Shown here: positions 58,281 to 64,000 of the stretch, piece by piece
Layout of the letters: every line of letters starts with the position of its first letter
Numbering within the stretch: position 1 is the stretch's first letter
Source of the DNA: an uncultured Nitrososphaerales archaeon
GTDB lineage: Archaea > Thermoproteota > Nitrososphaeria > Nitrososphaerales > Nitrososphaeraceae
Assembly (NCBI GenBank): GCA_963713605.1
Contig: CAVQMO010000010.1
Coordinates: 192,001-256,000, forward strand
DNA: 64,000 bases
Reading direction: 5' to 3'
Notes under the pieces: model-generated
The model's input: only the letters and a program-made list of their open reading frames with translations
Told to the model about the DNA's origin: nothing
Databases searched by the model: none
Position numbers and translations under genes: made by a program

Positions 58281-58328
58281 TGTGCACTTAATGTACACAA
58301 GCAGGTATTACTTGCTATCTATAGTATC

Positions 58329-58931
58329 CTAGTCCATTCTCTTTAATTGTTGATTTTTATTATCGATAGCTCTACCAAGATCGGATAATTGAGCATTCCA
58401 TAGTACCAGTTTTTGATTAAGATTTCTCCTTTTATCTTCTAAATTAATAATTTCATTTGTGAGAATATGCTTTCTATTTTCTAAATATGGTATGTCAAAA
58501 GCTGTGTATCTTAACATAATCTGAATATCTTTTTGGTTAATCAATCTGAGTTTCTTCATCGCACGAAATAATCTGAGAAATAGAGTAAGATGATTCCTGA
58601 TCTCATAATATACTAATGCTAAGTCGCCGAGCTCTTTTAATGCCCAATATTCTTTCTGTAGTTCTTTTACTTCAGTGTACGGAATATCTAATTCGATCGC
58701 CACATCAATCGGCTTCTTGCCCTGTTCATATAAAAAAAGCGCCTGTGTTGCTTTAGATTTGTTACTCATGTCAATTACGTCATTATTTTGACCATCTAAT
58801 CTTTTGATAATTCTTCCAATATCGCTAAAAGACATATGCGCCGCAGCCGCAATGTCACGTATAGTCTTACCGTCTTGATAGAGTTGAATTGCAAGTTGTT
58901 CTTTTTCTTTTTTATTCAATACCGCTTGCAT
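58329..58931 (-). CDS. Double-HTH, coiled-coil protein
   Basis: LYQDGKTIRDIAAAAHMSFSDIGRII and LYEQGKKPIDVAIELDI, followed by a heptad-rich tail. Confidence 0.85.
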   Translation of the reverse strand: MQAVLNKKEKEQLAIQLYQDGKTIRDIAAAAHMSFSDIGRIIKRLDGQNNDVIDMSNKSKATQALFLYEQGKKPIDVAIELDIPYTEVKELQKEYWALKELGDLALVYYEIRNHLTLFLRLFRAMKKLRLINQKDIQIMLRYTAFDIPYLENRKHILTNEIINLEDKRRNLNQKLVLWNAQLSDLGRAIDNKNQQLKRMD

Positions 58932-59115
58932 ATTTTGTGGACAATGATAATTGGCTAACTGTTGCTATTAACTTTTCCCTGTTATCATCTGCTACTAACT
59001 CAAAGTTTACTGTTATGGATTGATACAGACTGTTATTTTATGGTATAATACTGGAACATGTATACAATAATTAGATTCCCGACGACTTTATACAACAACA
59101 TATCTATGTATAGAT

Positions 59116-59420
59116 ATGAAGAGAGTAATAGTACTAGTCTTATCAATTTCGGCAATAATGCTGGTACAACCAGCGTCGGTCAATGCTATTACAGATATCG
59201 ACGCAAAATGTATAGAACAAGTATATAGAATTGGATGGAGGGACAAGCTCCTGAGAATTAGGGAAAAATAAATCATACACAAATCAAATCAAATCTAGTT
59301 TTTTCCCCTAGTCGAGAAAATAATGCTTCGGCAACCTGTCCCGATGGAAAAATACTTACTGGAGGAGGATATAGGATAATGGGAGATCATGATATCGGTT
59401 GGCACGTGAAAGACTGATAT
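59116..59420 (+). pseudogene. Secreted protein remnant
   Basis: Signal peptide MKRVIVLVLSISAIMLVQPASVNA and a later ASATCPDGKILTGGGY segment, interrupted. Confidence 0.45.
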
Positions 59421-60040
59421 CCCTTAATAGGTGACCTAGAGTCAACTCAAGTAATCGTGATGCCTCGAGCGGGTCATGCCATCATCATCAGTACCCCGAT
59501 CTTGTGGCAAAATATATTACATCGACTACATAATCAATATCATAAAAATTCTCTTCGATAATATTGCTAACTTCAGTTTGATTTGATGTCATTAAACTTT
59601 TTTTAATTTAGGATGGATTGCAAGATTGAGTTATTTATACTTATCATCCTTGATCCTATCTATAGGAATAGTCTAATAGTATATATGTATAGAAGTTCCA
59701 ATTTACACAAATCCCGGATTTCGATATTAAGACGTATACGTATCAATTTTCGGGATATCACTTCTAAAGTCATTAATTGATTGAATTCTCAACCATAGAT
59801 TTTACTCAGTTTTTGCCAGTCTAGCTAATGCAGTGTGTTTAACACGGGCCAGTTTCGGATTAGATGCTATTATCTCCAAGATCCGGCCCATTTTCTACGA
59901 AGTTAATCTTTACGAATGCATATCATAAAGGTACGGTAACTACGGCTTCGAAAGAGGTTGTGTTTCATCATTAGTTGACATTGGACTGGTACGCTTACCG
60001 TGAGATTATCGCTTCAATCTTATTAAGTTAACCTTATCAA

Positions 60041-61195
60041 TCAATCACATGAATCCATCAAGCCTGCTGTTCGTAACCAGTCCTCTAATGTTTTGATACG
60101 TGCTTCTTGCTCCTTAAGTCTCTGAGCCGTTTCGCCTTCTAACTCTTGATTGCGTTTCTTTAATCGATGCCTATCATCGATAATGATTCTGTCAATCACC
60201 TTTTCATAATCTGCTAAAATGTCGCTCTCTCTAGCTCTGAGATAGTGACCTGGAATACCGATAGAATGGCCTTGTGTCAGTTCAACGGTGGCAGGAAGCA
60301 TTCCTGATAGGTCCGCCTCAGATTTGTAGAATTTGCGGAAACCTCTTGACATTTTCACCTGGCCTTTAAACTCAAAGTTTTCACGAACCCTGGACAGTTT
60401 TAGAGCATTCTTAAGAATACGCTTGAGTCCTCCAATACTTAGAGGTTTGGCAGCATGTTTGATACTGAGTGAGTTGTAGAGGTCGCGAATGAGGGGAGAA
60501 TCATGTTTGATAATCTCCCCATCCTTAGATCTCTCCTCAAGATATAGGTCTATCATACTCGCACATTCAGGAGAACAGGGAGTAAAGAAATCTTCTGAAG
60601 ATTCAGCATAGATTTGAATCCCGTAGGTTTTTTCTCCAGTACTCGTGTACATCTCCTTCAAATGACATTTTTTTAGTTTAGGAATCCCACCAATGCGCAA
60701 ACCTCCGGCTGAGGCTAACAGTAGTATGACTACTTTCTCTCTAAGCCTTCCCTGACATCCTAGTTCCAGCATCTTTTGAATCTCTTCAACCGAGTAGCCT
60801 CTATCCCTGTAACTATACTCATAGGGTGGTAACTCTATGTTTATCTTGGTCCATTTAATGGGGAACTCATCCTCTCGTATCATGAAAAAGAGGTGACGTA
60901 TCGCAGCCAGATGTAACTTTATGGATGAACGTGAGAGTTTCTCCTTCTCCCTCAGATGTATGACATAGTCGATGATCAATTGCTTGCAATGCTATAGTGA
61001 GTACTCTTTCAGTGGGTCTACATCTTTGATTTGGAAGTAAGCAAGGAAGCGAGTGATATTTTTCTCATAATGTTCTCTTGTATATGGAGAGAGACTCGGA
61101 GAAGTCGCAGGGAAGGGAATATTCTCATTACTATCCTTCTTGCCCTGCTGTTGTTCTTGCTGCATCTGTTTACTTAAGTCCAAATCCAAAGCCAA
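60041..61195 (-). pseudogene. Tyrosine recombinase/integrase with one in-frame TAG
   Basis: ORFs 60992-61195 and 60041-60979 are in the same frame. Catalytic motifs GLRIG, (R)GFRKF, QGHS and HYLR are present. Confidence 0.88.
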
Positions 61196-61878
61196 TCCAA
61201 TCCCAAACTCCTACCACCATCAAAGTAAGTTCGGAACTCTATAGTTCCCCCAGTTATTATAGGGTACTAATCAGGACATATAACAGCAATTATAGATCCA
61301 ATTACCTCATATCGATCTGGTTTTTTTCTATCTATTAACATCCCCCAAAGAATTGAAGATATAATAAAGATTCCCCCATAAGCTGCATACTCTTCCAAAT
61401 TGGGCAGGTTGGAAAGTTGGAATCATGCCATAAATAAACAAAACTATTCCCTGTTTAATCCAACGCATATTGTTGAGATACTCAACCACTTCTGAAATCT
61501 ATCGTTTATCATTATCAAAACTCTCCGCTATTTTCTCAATGCACTCTTGATCATTCACAAGTCTCATCAAAACATGTTTTGCCAGTTCCAGACCTTAGAG
61601 CGTGTTAATACTAAATTCTTGGTAGTCGGTCAGATAGTTTACCACTCTTTATTGATTGTCTACATTAGATTATAAACGAATATTTCTAATTTCTAATAGA
61701 GGAGATATTCGTGAAAATAAAGTTGCAATGTACAAAAATGAGGATGATAACGCACATCATATAGCAGTTTTTAAGAACTGAGTGGCATTAGAAGTCCCTT
61801 CCAAGTCATGATAGTCGGGATGTCTTGAGGGTATCGTGTTGGACCTATATACAAACAGAAATGTTTTAACTGTATGAG

Positions 61879-62280
61879 TTGGAAGAAAACATGATGAAGG
61901 ATAACGATAATAAGAATATAGACGCATTGCTTAGGTTATACAAGCTATATGACGAACATAGACATTCTATACTCTGGTTTTTAGAAGACCTCGACGCCAA
62001 TAGTTATCAGGAGTACCTACAGAAATATCCAGGTTCTTCAAATGAACGAGCGCAGTTCATTGCTGTGTGTGGTTTCTTTGAGTTGTCAGGTATTATTGTA
62101 AAACATAAGTTAATAGATCTGAACCTCTATTTTGATATGTTTAATCCTACGCCATTCTGGCAAAAGGCCGAACCAATAGTTAGGGGAATGAGAAAAAAGA
62201 GACCGTACATTTACGAAAACTTTGAGTCTTTAAATGATAAGAGATTGAGTTGGGCAAAGAAGAGAAGGAAGAGAATGTGA
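61879..62280 (+). CDS. Hypothetical helical protein (DUF4760-like), paralogue of 36542-37021
   Basis: Shares the motif pattern listed for 36542-37021. Confidence 0.75.
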   Translation: MEENMMKDNDNKNIDALLRLYKLYDEHRHSILWFLEDLDANSYQEYLQKYPGSSNERAQFIAVCGFFELSGIIVKHKLIDLNLYFDMFNPTPFWQKAEPIVRGMRKKRPYIYENFESLNDKRLSWAKKRRKRM

Positions 62281-62293
62281 TCACAAAATAGAA

Positions 62294-62620
62294 ATGAGTC
62301 AAAACGATGAAGATTTAGAGGAAAAGAAATTGTTAGGCTCAGGCGGCTATGCGATCGCCAAACTGACTGAGAATGAAGAAATGAAATCAAATCTTGGAGT
62401 GCCGCATCTGTTCTTAGCAAATGTGGGAAGACTAGCTGAAGATAGATTTTTGAGATATTACTGTAACAAGTGTGGAAAGGAATACAATGGCAGGCCATTA
62501 CTCATTTATGAAGTTCCTAATGAAGAGATAGCTGAAAATGTCATTTTGGTTGAAAAAGGGGAATACAAATGTCAGAATTGCAACAATACTATAGCACAGT
62601 ATCGTAAATTTAGCAAATAG
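62294..62620 (+). CDS. Conserved zinc-ribbon protein
   Basis: YYCNKC ... EKGEYKCQNC...IAQYRKF. Confidence 0.85.
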   Translation: MSQNDEDLEEKKLLGSGGYAIAKLTENEEMKSNLGVPHLFLANVGRLAEDRFLRYYCNKCGKEYNGRPLLIYEVPNEEIAENVILVEKGEYKCQNCNNTIAQYRKFSK

Positions 62621-62848
62621 AGACTGATATTATAGGTTAGAGTAAAATGAATTACTCAAATTATGCCCAAATTATGTTGAAAATAAATTGTTAAGTTCAG
62701 CAGACAACGTTGATCCTATGTAGTCAGCAAAATTCACGGCTGTGTCTATTCTTATTTTCAGATGGATACACCATGCCAAATATAACTAGTACTAACTCCA
62801 GTATTCTTCTACTAGTACTATGGATCGCATCAGGTATTAACTTATGTT

Positions 62849-63073
62849 GTGTGTAAATTACTTGTATTGCATTGGACCGAAGACTGTAATTGCAATAGAT
62901 GGTTGACCGATCCGAAGATGATAGACCTTTTTAAGATAAGCAATTCAAGAGTAGAGCTTCGGTGCCGCAGGTGCCATGGTCTAATGGGCTGGTGGGATGA
63001 ACCACCTCGAACTAAGAAGATAATGCCATTCAAACGAGAATGGTCAAAAGAAGAATGTTTGGCAATGAGATAG
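62849..63073 (+). CDS. Small Cys-rich protein
   Basis: HW.EDCNC ... LRCRRCHG. Confidence 0.6.
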   Translation: MCKLLVLHWTEDCNCNRWLTDPKMIDLFKISNSRVELRCRRCHGLMGWWDEPPRTKKIMPFKREWSKEECLAMR

Positions 63074-63135
63074 CTATCTGACACTAACGACTATATTAGA
63101 TTCTGGTTAGTTCTAACAGAAAATATACCAGATTT

Positions 63136-63360
63136 ATGAATAATAAACATAAACTCAAATCCGAGTATGAAATACTACATGGCGACGAAAACCATGATGA
63201 CAAAAGTAAAATTAGACTTATTACATATGCTCTAGAATATCATAGTAAGTTAATGCCGGTATTTGTAGTTGTTGATGCATTAGAAGAAGGAGCCGAGAAA
63301 TCATGCGAAGAAGAAGCTTATAAGACATGCGAAGAACTAGAAAACATGAATCATCAATAA
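63136..63360 (+). CDS. Small acidic hypothetical protein
   Basis: 74-aa ORF with ATG start. Confidence 0.5.
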   Translation: MNNKHKLKSEYEILHGDENHDDKSKIRLITYALEYHSKLMPVFVVVDALEEGAEKSCEEEAYKTCEELENMNHQ

Positions 63361-63468
63361 AAGATATGAATGAGTGAATAATTATCGATAGCCACCAGAT
63401 CAACGACACTCTCCCCCAGCTCTCTTCGTATTATATCGATTATATCGTAAATTGGTCGTCTTTACATA

Positions 63469-64000
63469 ATGCATAAACACAAGCTCATCGAGCTTCAAAA
63501 AATAATCGATGAAAGAATCGGATCACTTACCGAGGAAGTGGAAATAGCAACTAACGTAAAATTGAACCCGCTGTACATAATAGACCGCAAAGATGAAATA
63601 GAATCTCTACGATGGACGACAAGAATCATCAGGTGGGTTTTAGATCGGGCTATCGACGGAGGGCAGCAGTTTGGGGTAAGCAAAATACGATTGGAGTTGG
63701 AAGACACTAAAAAATTTGAAAATATGCTACATGAAAAAATTCAAGAGCTAGAGACAGAGTTAGAAGATTCAAATACTGATAGAGAAAAAGAAGTTCTCCT
63801 AAATGAAATTGATACTCTAGGATGTGTCTTGGGCCATCTGTTCAATCTTAAAGTTGGTAGTAACAAAACATATGCTATAGGGATAACCGAAGCCAACAAT
63901 AACTACCTGCAGGCAAATCGGCTGAGAAAGCAACTCAAGAACCAAGATCTGGAGTCAGAAATTAGTACACAAATTGAATTTCCATTATCTTTCGAAGTGA
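63469..64000 (+). CDS. Hypothetical coiled-coil protein, runs off the window end
   Basis: Open frame MHKHKLIELQKIIDERI... with an internal repeat DEIESLRW / NEIDTLGC and no stop before 64000. Confidence 0.7.
   Translation, partial: MHKHKLIELQKIIDERIGSLTEEVEIATNVKLNPLYIIDRKDEIESLRWTTRIIRWVLDRAIDGGQQFGVSKIRLELEDTKKFENMLHEKIQELETELEDSNTDREKEVLLNEIDTLGCVLGHLFNLKVGSNKTYAIGITEANNNYLQANRLRKQLKNQDLESEISTQIEFPLSFEV

Noticed and set aside
59700..59900. Possible tRNA or att site downstream of the integrase (CAAATCCCGG, GGGCC...GGCCC stem)
   Set aside because: I cannot build a cloverleaf and found no second copy in the window.
60992..60994. Pyrrolysine recoding of the integrase amber codon
   Set aside because: No pyl genes are present and it is an isolated case, so nonsense mutation is simpler.

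Overview
AT-rich archaeal genomic window. Gene families, Cdc48, archaeal Hsp20 and F420/LLM enzymes point to a soil ammonia-oxidising archaeon of the Nitrososphaeraceae (inference from family recognition only). I see no rRNA, tRNA or CRISPR array. The window is a mosaic of accessory modules. (1) A patatin - succinate-semialdehyde dehydrogenase - long pyruvate kinase - patatin cluster (6-13.7 kb). (2) HxlR/LLM, an Hrq-type helicase and msrBA. (3) A decayed ~5.3 kb virus-like element with an integrase remnant, DNA methyltransferase, palindromes, HTH/TerS-like and TerL-like genes, but no recognisable capsid or portal (25.4-30.7 kb). (4) A redox and proteostasis neighbourhood with a REC-TrxR fusion, WrbA, Cdc48 and FumC. 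It includes a minus-strand run of peroxiredoxin - DsbA - ParB - Hsp20 - CBS - cyclase bracketed by 95-bp direct repeats, and this ParB carries a Cys at the sulfiredoxin catalytic position. (5) Surface genes (RTX, collagen) and a second integrase region (58-61 kb). Many genes are broken by single-base insertions, which may be consensus errors, so pseudogene calls are provisional.
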